NCBI RefSeq assembly: GCF_006345805.1
Contig: NC_043007.1
Coordinates: forward strand, 29,016,001 to 29,080,000
Direction: 5' to 3'
DNA length: 64,000 bases
DNA from: Octopus sinensis
Lineage: Eukaryota
Shown here: one piece after another, positions 50,717 to 62,399 of the stretch
Layout of the letters: each line of letters begins with the position of its first letter
How positions within the stretch are numbered: position 1 is the stretch's first letter
Made by a program: the position numbers and the translations under genes
The notes under the pieces: model-generated
The model's database searches: none
What the model was told of the DNA's origin: nothing
The model's input: only the letters and a program-made list of their open reading frames with translations

Positions 50717-50888
50717 GGGAGCTTGCCCCCCTTGTCAGTAAATAAGACAGTGCATTATTGTAGCTATGAGTTGTTTTAGCTCTTATTTCTAGTATTACTG
50801 GTGCTGAATAGCACCCTCAGTCACTTCAGTCGTATATATTTCCGCCTTTCAGTTGTAAAATTCCTAACAAGCCACCTTATTATTTATT

Positions 50889-50936
<48 letters not shown>

Positions 50937-50944
50937 ATTATGTA

Positions 50945-51145
50945 TATCTGTGTGTGTCTTTATTTGTTCCCCATCATTGCTTGACAACCGGTGTTGATGT
51001 GTTTAAATCCCTGTAACTTAGAGTTTAGAAAAAGAGACCAATAGAATAAATATAGACTTAAATAAGTCCTAGGGTTGATTAGTTCGATTAAAATCAAGGC
51101 GATGTCTCAGCATGGCCGCAGTCAATTGACTGAAACAAGTAAAAA
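50945..51145 (+). mobile_element. Family B SINE 3' module
   Basis: tgtgtgtctttatttgttcccc...gcttgacaacc...catggccgcagtcaattgactgaaacaagtaaaaga. Confidence 0.8.
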
Positions 51146-51774
51146 GATTTTTTAAAATTATCATACATAGATATGTATATATATTCAAATATTAGTTTAG
51201 TGTTCTGTTGAGGTAAGGTCAACAAAAGAAGGAGTCCATCCAGCGAGAGTTAAATATCATTTAGCGTACACAGCATAATGATAAGAGCTATTGATAGTTT
51301 CTCGCTGTGAAGACATGTGGGTAGGCAGGATTTTATAACATTCCTTGTGTGCCTAAGCAATCTTCAGGTTCATTAGTCAGGCTAATTTTAACTGTCAACT
51401 GTTTAAAATGCCCAAAGAAATGGTTTGGTCATGTAATTATATAATACATTATGAACAAACAAGTAGCCACTATGTTGAAACATATGTAGCATAATTTGAT
51501 AAAATAAATTACACTGTATTCATATTATTTCATTAAATATACACACACACATACATACATACATGTTAGTAACACCTATAAAGAGGTGCTTTATCCATTC
51601 ACGAAAGTGAACGGAGATTTGGCCAGTAGGAACTGATGTCGTCAGACGGCATCCAATGTTCATCGGGTGTTTTGACCCAGAACCGTAACACCCTCCCGTT
51701 GGTGGATGGCCAAGTCACTGCTCCTCATCTCCTCCTGGCTTCTAGTTTAACTTTTCTCTCTTAACTCTTCTCAG

Positions 51775-51809
51775 GACAGTACTGGAGGAGTATTTTTCAT
51801 CACGGACAA
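51775..51809 (+). CDS. Candidate 35-nt exon (all three frames open, e.g. DSTGGVFFITD)
   Basis: Strong acceptor ttttctctcttaactcttctcag, donor CAA|gtaaat. Coding status unknown. Confidence 0.25.
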
Positions 51810-51986
51810 GTAAATTTTGGAAGAGGAGCTTTGCAAGTCTACAGGATAGATAGAAGTGCATTGTAGAAAATGAAGTGAGGTATATTTTAGAATAAAAAAG
51901 AACTTTGTCTTAATTTTGAAAAATAAAAGAAGTATAAAAAACCACATTATTTATGGGGTACCCTAATATATATATATATTTATATA

Positions 51987-52269
51987 TCTATATATGTCTG
52001 TGTATGGCAGGTTTGATAGCCTTCAACTAACACTATATCCTCCGAGACCCTGCGGCGTAAGTTGACCAAAAAGGTGCTTTTTTTCTATGAAAGTCGCTAT
52101 TTTTTTACTATTTTTTGACTGCTGTGTCACCATTTTTCGGTGTATTTCAACCAGAAAAATGTTCACTTAAAGAGAATAACAAGCTACATAATGCAAAATT
52201 TTTACTTTTCAAAAATTCCAATTCTAAAGGGTCGAAGCAAACCCGAGCAACGCCGGGCGATACTGCTAG
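51987..52269 (+). mobile_element. Non-autonomous Helitron (283 bp)
   Basis: A|TCtatatatgtc start; cccgagcaacgccggg hairpin and cgatactgCTAG|T end. Confidence 0.85.
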
Positions 52270-53711
52270 TATATATATGTATATATATATATATACATCT
52301 TTGGATGGGCATACATATATTTTAATTTATGATTTAGTGGATGTGGGTTGAGGTGTCGAGGTGTGTGAAAATGTGTATGTGTACGTATGTATGCTTTTGT
52401 ACGTATAGGTATGTTCGTGGGTGGATGTACGTATGTATGTTTTTCTTATACATATGAGTACGCAGGTGCGTATTTGGATATGTATATATGTATATGCGAA
52501 TATTTATTCATGGGTGGATATAAGTATAGGTTTTATTTGTACGTATGAGTGCGCAGATATATATTTAAATATGTATATATGTGTGTGCGAATGTTCCCTG
52601 ACACAGTATATGAGAGTGTATTAATATTTATGGGTATATGCGGATGTGTGTGTGAGTGTGTGTGTTAGTGTATAGATACTGCTGCCTGTACTGATTTGTC
52701 TATAAGCCATGCGATAACAGACATACACTCTGCAATCTAGTGAATGTGTTGGGATGTGTCAGGGTGTATTCATGTGTGTGTGCATGTGTGTGTGAGTTTT
52801 TGTGTGGACGTATGGGTTTAGGGTTGGATGTGGATGTGCATGTTTTTCTTGTGCGGTGTGGTGGAGGTCGGGCGGCTCTCAGCGGACCAACTGTGAGGAA
52901 GACAATGATAATTTAAATTCAAATCCAATAGTGTATTTATGTCATAAGGAAAATTACTAACTGGAACCCGGACATACATATGTGCCACTTTGGATCCTAA
53001 TGTAAGCGTTATTAATAATATTATGAATGATAATAATGGTAGCATTAATGGTATTGACAACGATAATGATGCTAACTTTAATGACACTTTGGAAATTAGT
53101 AGGAAGTAATATAATGTACTATTGACTGTGTATATTTGCATCTAGGTACTAATATGTGTATGTTTATTATCACAATATTGAGTTGAAAAACTGAAACATT
53201 GAATGTGGAACATATATATGTTTACTAATTTATATTATTTATTTACATCATTATGTATATGTATATTTTTATATGTATAGGTGTGTGAGTATATGCACTC
53301 ATATGTATATGTATATCTCCGAAGAAGCCTTATGATATTTTGTAAATGTCTCATTTATATCTATATATTGACCTACCATAAAAGGCTAATATTGGTAAAA
53401 TGAGACATACTTATCTACATGGTCGAAACAGCTGTAAGATGTAATCTATACTTATATTTATATTTACTTATATTTATATTCTCTTTTTTATATATATTCT
53501 ACTTATTATACAACATTACTCTTTTATGTACACTTTTTTATGTACATTCCTTTATGTACACTGATTTGTTCTGCTTTTTTATGTTTAACCCTACAGTCTC
53601 TTATGTGGTGGTTTAATAAAGTATGTGATTGAGTATTATCTGGTAATTGATATTTGATTTAGATGTATTTCTCTATTTTCTTATCTTGTATATATATATA
53701 TATATATATAT

Positions 53712-54030
53712 AAGGAAATGAAGAAAATGCTAACAAAATAATTTAAGTAAGGGAGAGTGTATTTAATTAGGTGAAAGTTCTTTTTACCGGTTGCGCATTT
53801 GTTATGCTTATCGAAAGATATTTTTTAAGAGAGATAGAGTTCCTTTCTGATAGATTTTTTTCTCTTATCTGATAAGAGAAAAAAAATCTATCAGAAAGGA
53901 ACTCTATCTCTCTTAAAAAAATATCTTTTGATAAGCATAACAAATGCGCAACCGGTAAAAAGAACTTTCACCTAATTAAATACACTCTCCCTTACTTAAA
54001 TTATTTTGTCAGCATTTTCTTCATTTCCTT
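53712..54030. repeat. Near-perfect palindrome with ~159-bp arms and a 1-nt centre at 53870
   Basis: 53712-53869 is the reverse complement of 53871-54030 apart from two substitutions and two homopolymer length differences. Centre ctcttatc-t-gataagag. Flanked by (TA)n. Confidence 0.97.
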
Positions 54031-54869
54031 TTTTTTTATATATCACAACTCGTGTTCCACATCTTTTTTAAATATATATATATATATATATACACACACA
54101 TACATACATACAGATACAACAGGCTTCTTTCAGGATCTATCTATCAATTCCACTCTCAAAGATTTAATCAGGTTAGAGCTACAGTAGATGACACTTGGCC
54201 AAAGTATTTTAATGTCTACTTTCCATGCTTTTATGGGTCAGACAAGGGTCTTTTGCTGGATGTCTTCCCTGATGCTAACCCCATTTGTTTCCAATCAGTT
54301 AAAACATAAGCAAAGAGACATGCAAACTCATTCACACACACACAGATTCCAGATTTTTTTTTTTTACTTTTATAACTATTCTATGCATGTGCACACACAC
54401 ACACACACACGTTTATCATGGGCAACCACATAGAGAAGCTGAATCATTAAGTTCAGTTGGAATAATCAGGTGTTGAGGGTGGAGGGCATGATCAAAGAAT
54501 GTCAACCACTTTCTGAGATTATTGATAACAAATTTGGTAAGAATCAAACAAAGAACAGATACTTCTTGTATTGTAATTAATTTAATCTCAACACTGTTCT
54601 AGAAGACAAATCTTCAATATTTGGGTGGTTCCAGAACTAAGCGGAAATGCTTTGGAATTTTTCAACTCTTCTGCAAATTAGTTTTTGATAAGACAAGTCT
54701 TGGGGATTTTAGTTGTAATTCCCTTCACTGTCAGATAAAAAACAAGTTTAAATATATTTCCAAGATAAATATTTTTGTTATTGTTTATCCCCAGATCAGT
54801 TCTGATCCATCAGACCAATGATCAATGACATTCTAGCCATGACCATCCTGGCTTTTATTCAGACTAGGT

Positions 54870-55815
54870 ATATTTTAGACTACTTTATATAACAACATTC
54901 ATATTTATAAAACAGTATAAAACTCTCCTCCAGATGAAAAAATACTTCTCCAGTACTGTTCTGACCTCGTCTACAGAATAAATGATAATCAGATGGAACA
55001 CTGTCCAGTGAATAGTGTGGGTGAGGTATCATTTCCCATTCAAACTGCTCCAGACTTTCGAATGTCATCCTCACTGTATCTGGCTGATGGAAGGACACCT
55101 TTCATCTTGAAATCAAATATGGTCATTTTTCTTCTAGAGCTGACTTAAGCCACTCAAGCTGCTCACAATAGATCTCCTTTGTTATCATTTGGTTTGGTTT
55201 AAAAGTTCAAAGTAGACTAAACCTTTCATATCCCATCAAACAGTTAACAACTCCTTACGTGGATGAAGACCTTCTTTAGCCTGGGGTGCCAGTGTTTCTC
55301 CTTTCCCTACCCACTGTCTTTGCTGCTTGACATTTTTATAGAGAACCCATTTCTCGTCACCAGTCACTATTGGGTCCAAAAAAGGTTCATTCATGAGATG
55401 TGGCAGCAAAGAAGAGCACATATTCACTATCTGCACATGATTAGACTCAGAAGGTTTGTGAGGAACCCATTGACCCAATTTGCTGACTTTTCTGATAGCA
55501 TACAGGTGTCAATGAATGGTTGACTAACCAAATCCAAGCTTCTCTGCTAGTTCTTCAACAGTTACAATGGGATTTTGTTTCACCAGGGTTTGCTGGCTGT
55601 CCTCGTCAAGCTCTACAGGTCTTCCATGATGAGGCTCATCTTCTAGGCTGTAGTTTCTGGCTCAGAATTTCTGGAACCACCGTTGGCACCGACTTCCATT
55701 TATTGTCCTATCCCATTATACTACATTAATACTCCTCACACTTTCTGTTGTGTTGTTGCCTTTAATGAACTCATAAAGCAAAATATGTTGAATATGCTCC
55801 TTTGTCACTTCCATT
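54870..55815 (-). mobile_element. Mariner transposase remnant, nearly full-length and frameshifted
   Basis: EHIQHILLYEF; QRWFQKF; QWVPHKPSE; IVTGDEKWVLY; IPHPHYSLDSVPSDYHLF (YSPDLAPSDYHLF motif). TIRs not resolved. Confidence 0.9.
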
Positions 55816-56582
55816 ATAGCTTTGAAAAAATAACATAAAATCGAATTGCACTCTTCAAAACTTGCACTAAGAATAAGTACAAGGTAAAATTACTACTTAT
55901 TTTTATAGCAAGTTGATGCAGGTAGTTTATCCCATCCCCCTCCAACTTGGGCATAGTGTATGAAAGAGGAAATGTGAAGAAGAGAAGAGATATGGAGATG
56001 TAGATTAGTTTGTTGGAGTAGGGTGAGTGAAAAGTTTTCTTGTTACCTGTGGGTGGGTGGGTGGAACACACAGGTCAGGAGCTAGCAGTGATACATTGAG
56101 ACAGAGTGTGTAGGTGGAACACACAGGTCAGGGGGGATAGCAGAGAGCAATGATACAGTGGCACAGGGCCAAGAGGACAGGATTGGGGAGTGGGAGGTAA
56201 GCTTTTATATATATATATATAAGCTTGTATGTATGTGTGTGTGTGTGTGTGTATAGAATAGTGGTACAATAATGCACCAATATTTACTGGAAACAGCAAT
56301 TGATAATATATGATGCTATAGTTAAGCTTCACTGTATATATACTAGCAAAGATGTTTGCAGGTGACGAACGTAAAAAACTTCATCTTTTCTGTACAACCT
56401 AGATGTGGATAATCTAGGACCTAGGTTTTGAACTCTCCAAAATATGTTTGTTAACATAAATTTGATTAGTTCTCCTCAGCTAGATTCACTAAGACAAAAT
56501 TTTGAATGTTGCTATATCAGTGCCAGTATATTTGCCTGAATGTCTAGCTGAGAACAGTGAAAAAGTTTTGAAAGAAAAAATT

Positions 56583-56829
56583 AGGTGCAGGAGTGGCTGT
56601 GTGGTAAGTAGCTTGCTTACCAATCACATGGTTCCAGGTTGTATAGTATAGGGTTAGACACTTGTGCTATCTAGGGTTAGGGTTAGAAAACCCAAGGTAT
56701 AGGGTTAGATACTTGCCCGAGGCTATAGTAGGAGACACAGTGGCACCTCAGGCAAGTGTCTTTGCCTCAGGCCTACCAAAACCTTGTGAGTGGATTTGGT
56801 AACTGAAAGAAGCCAGTCATATATATGTA

Positions 56830-56908
<79 letters not shown>

Positions 56909-57095
56909 GTCCCCCCCAACATTGCTTGACAAGTGATGGTGGTGTGTTTACGTCCCTGTAACTTAGCGGTTCAGCAAAAGAAACTGATACAATAAGTACT
57001 AGGCTTACAAAGAATAAGTCCTGGGGTTGATTTGCTTGACTAAAGGTGGTGCTCCAGTATGGCCGCAGTCAAATGACTGAAACAAGTAAAAGAGT
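56583..57095 (+). mobile_element. Family B CORE-like SINE, full length, with a ~99-bp rearranged insertion replacing the B box
   Basis: Colinear with the reverse complement of 17829-18238 except for 56641-56739 and two small deletions. Confidence 0.9.
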
Positions 57096-57106
57096 AAATA
57101 GTGCAA

Positions 57107-57146
57107 TACTTTGACAGTTTGGGAGAAGAGAGAGAGAGAGAGAGAG

Positions 57147-57213
<67 letters not shown>

Positions 57214-57364
57214 GTTTGTGTGACCAGGAACAATAATACACTTTATTCAAAGTTTCCAGTTTGGTTTCAAATTCCTGTCCACCAATTTAGTTATTAAACA
57301 ACATCCAACTTTGCTACAACTCTTAGTGGAGTTTTCGATTTTGATGAAGCGTTCAGTGTATGTC
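57107..57364. repeat. Copy 1 of a dispersed direct repeat (copy 2 at 59474-59672)
   Basis: tactttgacagtttg, then (GA)n, then a ~165-bp block ggtgtttgtgtgaccaggaac...gttcagtgtatgtc, with only scattered substitutions between copies. Confidence 0.9.
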
Positions 57365-58019
57365 TATCCAGTAAAACAGAGGTAGAGATTTGACAGCTAT
57401 TTTTAGCTGGATGAGTGACTCTTTGGGGACTCTCATAAAAACTGTTTTTATATTTAAGATTATGCTTTTCTCTCAACAGAAAGAATTTCCTTCTTTGAGA
57501 AACACTGAGATTTGTTAACCTATACAACCTACACTAACATGAGTGTGTGTGTGTGTGTGTGTTTGTATGTGTGTGTGAAGGTGTGTATATACACAATAGC
57601 TTGTTGTAATGAGTATTGTAGGCATAATCTTTCATCTCAGTTAATGCTACCAAGATGTTCTTGTATAGCTTTTGGGGGGGTTTTAGCATGAAGACGACAT
57701 TTTCCATCCATTGATAATTTGATATCTTGATCTCACCTTCTTATTTCACCTTTTAAAGATTTCTTTTACTTCCTGGGTCTAGAGGGAGGGACAGTGCCCA
57801 TCATCTTCACAATTCCTCTCACTCTGGTGAGCTTGAAATTGTGAAAGATATGTAGGGAGGAAATTCCAGAAGGAAAAAGTTGTGAGGATGGAAGAACTGG
57901 ACCTAGTGGTATCATGCAAGTGTAATAGCTGATATTAACCCTTGCCAAACTATACCTGGGGTTAAAATGAGCTGATCTGTCTTATAGCCTGGGGTACCTA
58001 GAGTATAAAAGGGACCAGC

Positions 58020-59150
58020 TTTCCACTCATGTCCACTTATAGTTTTCAGAGATAACAGAACTCAGGAGGAATCATATTGGGTTTAGCATTAAGTATTTGA
58101 TAAAATACAATTACAAATTTAAAAATTGGATAAACAGTAGGAAAAGGAGATCATGGAGTAATTAGAATTGGCGTTAACTTTAATTTAAATGAGAAGAAAG
58201 GAAAAATTGTCAATAATTTCAGAAAAGCAAATTTTATAGATTTAAGAGGCTTAGTAATGAGATGTAGAGTGGTATTATGTGACTAGAATCAGAATAAATG
58301 AGTTCAAACCCCATGGAAGGAATAATATTTTAGAATTACCAAGAAGAAAATAAGTGAGGTTATCAACCTTCAAATTGGTATGGATAAGGAATATGAAAAG
58401 GGGTGGAAATATTTGAGATTATTCAAACAATTTTTTTCACAAATGGAATTTGAGACAGCAATAATTGAAATTAAACAGAGAAGTGAAAAAATAAATTGGA
58501 ACCTTTAGGAAAAATTACAAAATAAAAATTGCTAAAAAATCAAAATAAAAGCAAAAATTATTGCATATTGCAGATTTTAAGTTAATTTAATTTTAAGTAA
58601 CATTTTGAATGTATAGCATCAGATAAACAAACAGCTTGCATTTGAAGGATCAAAGAGCATATACGAATCCGACACTCAAGGCTACACTGATTAAACTCAT
58701 CTCTGACAAAACCAAAGATTGAGATGAAATCATTCAAGGTGTTTGTTACATACCTACCCAAGCAAGTCTGCTAAAAATAGTACTACAGCAACATGTACGG
58801 CAGACTCTTTGCAAACATTTCCATTCCACTGTTTCCATCGACATCTCCAGTATTACAGTCTCTACTCAGAAGAATTATTACAATTGCCACCATGCCACCG
58901 GTACACGTCAGAAATCTAACAGGATGCAGTGTGGAATCATTCAAATTGCAGCTGGATAGATATTTAAGCACCATTAGAGATGAACCCCATCTCCCAGGAT
59001 ATACACAACGAGCACAAACTGACTCAAACTCGCTCCTACACATGTCAAAATTAAACAGAGAATACAACCTGGCAACCACACCAGACTCTGAGGGTGGAGT
59101 CCTCGACTTGGCCTGAGCATGGACTCAAACTCAAATGAAATGAAAATGCA
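58020..59150 (+). mobile_element. CR1-type LINE remnant (linker fragment and C-terminus/3' UTR)
   Basis: NFRKANFIDLR near 58210. ORF 58793-59116 VRNLTGCSVESFKLQLDRYLSTIRDEPHLPGY...SNSL fits the CR1-group FKxxLDxYL motif. Confidence 0.75.
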
Positions 59151-59485
59151 AGTAACAAAGAAATTTATTCATAGTTAAAGGGAGACAATCATCGCCAGAC
59201 ACAAAGAAAGACGTTGGAAATGGAGAAATGGGTGAGGTGTAGCGGGGGGGGGGGCATAGTTATTAAGAAATTGGTTATTATTTAAATTATCAAATGATGG
59301 TTTTGTTTCCCCTCTTTCTGAGAGTGGTGTTGGCTTCAATATCACTTGTCCCCACGCTTCATGACCACTCTTAGTATCCTCAGCAAATGGACAATCCTTA
59401 ACCCAGTAGAAGCTGAAGCCACAGACATAAGAATTACAAGTCTTGCTATCCAGTCTGATGAGATTTCCTTTTCTACTTTGACAGT

Positions 59486-59521
<36 letters not shown>

Positions 59522-59774
59522 GTTTGTGTGACCAGGAACAATAATACACTTTATTCAAAGTTTCCAGTTTGGTTTCAAATTCCTGTACACCACTTTAGTT
59601 ATTAAATAACATCCAACTTTGCTACAACTCTCAGTGGAATTTTCGATTTTGATGAAGCGTTCAGTGTATGTCAACTCATATTTTCTTGTTTTGACATAAC
59701 ATACCACTTAAAATTCATCCACGATAGCTTTGATAAATTGTCCAATCTGCAGGGACAACTTTACACATTACAAT

Positions 59775-59998
59775 ATCTATTTCTTTATTACCCACAAGGG
59801 GCTAAACATAGAGAGGACAAACAAAGGTATTAAGTCGATTACATCGACTCCAGTGTGTAACTGGTACTTAATTTATCGACCCCGAAAGGATGAAAGGCAA
59901 AGTCGACCTCGGTGGAATTTGAACTCAGAACGTAACGGCAGACGAAATACCGCTAAGCATTTCACCCGGCGTGCTAACGATTCTACCAGCTCGCCGCC
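59775..59998 (-). mobile_element. Well-preserved family A SINE
   Basis: ggcggcgagctggtagaatcgttagcacgccggg...gttctgagttcaaattcc...tttcatcctttcggggtcgataaattaagtaccag. CpGs are retained, suggesting a young copy. Confidence 0.92.
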
Positions 59999-60423
59999 TT
60001 TACACTTTGCAATATCTGATACATGATTATAGATTCTGATAAAGTTATTTTATAGTCTTTATGTCTTGCAACAGAAATCGGATGAGATGGTCACTGGCTT
60101 GTGTCATTTGGTCGTTGATATTATTCAAATAATTCATAAATGGTAAATGCTGATTGGGTTGGAATCCTCTAAACAAATCCCAATTTCTGGTAAAGATATT
60201 TCATTGCATCATCAACAATTGAAGTAGCAATATCTATTTCTAGCACAGACTCTCTGGCATTAACAACACAATGGAGGTTCGTCTCTTAATTCCTAAGTAG
60301 GTAGCCAATACCCAAATCTATGTTTCTTTTCTCCAGGCTAAATAACTTTAATTTTTTATGAAAGTGTATATAGAGAAAATCAAGAAATACTGAATACATC
60401 TTGTCTTCACTGATTGTCCCACA

Positions 60424-60716
60424 GTTATTAACACTCTGTCAGTTATGAGGACGAGGGTTCCTGTTGATCTGCAAGTGGCTGAGTACTCCACAGACATGCG
60501 TACCCTTAAAGTAGTTCTCAGGGAGATTCAGCGTGACACAGAGTGTGACAAGGCCGGCCCTTTGAAGTACAGGATCACCTCATTTTTGCCAGCTGAGTGG
60601 ACTGGAGCCACGTAAAATAAAGTATCTCGCTCAAGGAAACAATGCGCTGCCGGGCATCAAACTCACGAACTTATGGTCGTGATCCAAATACCCTAACCAC
60701 TAAGCCACCAGCCTTC
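60424..60716 (-). mobile_element. Third tRNA-derived SINE family (single copy here)
   Basis: Minus strand tggcttagtggttagg (A box), gtgagtttgatgcc (B box), tttccttgagcgagatact and ccactcagctggcaaaaatgag (CORE/V-like central domain by resemblance). Confidence 0.7.
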
Positions 60717-62399
60717 CCTCTTAGTCAAATTAAAATGTCTCCCCTGTTGCCATTCCTCACCCTCTTCTGCAGAGAAATGGAGATTATTAGGTCTCCTTTT
60801 AGAGATTGTCTCCCTTTAAGAAACGTGTTATCTCCCTTCAAATATTGGTTTCAAATTTTGACACAAGGCCAGCAATTTCGTGGGAGGGGTTAAGCTGATT
60901 ACATCGACGCCCCCCCCCCGGTCTTCAAATAGTACTTCATTTATCGACCCCGAAAGGATGAAAGGCAAAATCAACCTTGGCGGAATCTGAACTCTGAACG
61001 AAAAGGCGGACGAAATGCCGTTAAGTATTTTGTCCGCTTCTGCCTGTTCACTTGCCTTACTCTCGAACCTCCATATAATGTCCTCTATCACAGTCGGTCA
61101 TTGCCACACACGTTGTCTGAGTTACCTTTCCTCCACAACATCTAGAAAACTGGGCCATGCTATACGTTGCTATCCTCATAATGCATCTTTATCACAGCCG
61201 ATGGTTGAGCTCTGATTTCATTTATATAACTGTCACTGGTACACTTCACCATCCCCATGATATCTATTTCATGGTTAAAAAATGACCAACCCGCAATGTA
61301 TGAACGTTACAGTCAACTGCGGCCAACAAATGACAGATGTCAACTGTGTCCATCACGTGCCAGATGTCAACAGTGTCCATCCAGTAAGAAATGTTAACTA
61401 CAACCACATCGTGACACACGTCAGTTGTCTTAATCTACCAAGTAAGCTCTAACAACGGCCTAAATCTGCCAACTCCAAGACCAGCCAGTCAAGAAACCTC
61501 TAAACAGTTTCTCAACCTGTTAAAAATGCCAGTCAAATGTCTACCACATTTTATAAAGGGAAGGTCACAATGGATAATGTAGTTTTAGATATACTGTTTG
61601 GATAAAAGATTGGATGGTCATGGCTAGACTGCCTTTGGTCATAGATCTTCTGGAGCAAAGTTGACTTCAGGCCAAACAACAACTTGTATAATGCAGTCCA
61701 ACTGGAATTCATGTAAACCCAAACAATACAGCTGGATGTTTTAGCCATGTCTTTCAGAAGTTCACCACTCTTAGGAATTTAGGAGGACGGAATTGGTTGA
61801 ACCAAGCACAATATATTGGTAACTGATTTATTTTACGTCGGAAAAATATAAAGTGAGAGATAGGGTTTAAAGGGAGGTAACTCAGTATATTTCGTCTCGA
61901 TTATTTCCTACCACACAATGACGGCAGTTCTATTCTATGGCCTCTCTTTGTAACTCTGTATCTATTATGAAAAATACTACATGGATCCATGAAAAAGTAA
62001 AACTTTGACTTTCAATCAGATCAGTCTTTCTTATTGGCGGGAGCCAGGCCCTGACAAGCGAGGATAAAAAATAGAGTAGACAAATAGCAAAGTTAAAATT
62101 AAAATGATTTTCAATATTTAAACTTATCTATTGCTCATATGGAGAAGAAAGAAGAATTATATTGATGCAAGCTTTGTTCTGTATTCTCATTAAAAAAAAA
62201 AAAAGTAATTTTAATGCGAATTTTGTTGGGACCGAAAGTTTTTGGAAATATTTTTGAGGCAAGTAGGTGCCTCTTGTTTACAGGTCTCATTTAGCAAGTG
62301 GGGGCCAGATTTTTTAATACTGTTTCGTTAATTCTCATGAGTTTACATACATTAAAGGTAGCTTCAATGTTTCCTTGTGAAAAAGACGCAGCCAATATA

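Noticed and set aside
57107-59672. Formal call as an intact LTR retrotransposon
   Set aside because: No TG...CA bounded identical LTRs, TSD, PBS, PPT or pol remnants; kept only as a hypothesis in the findings.
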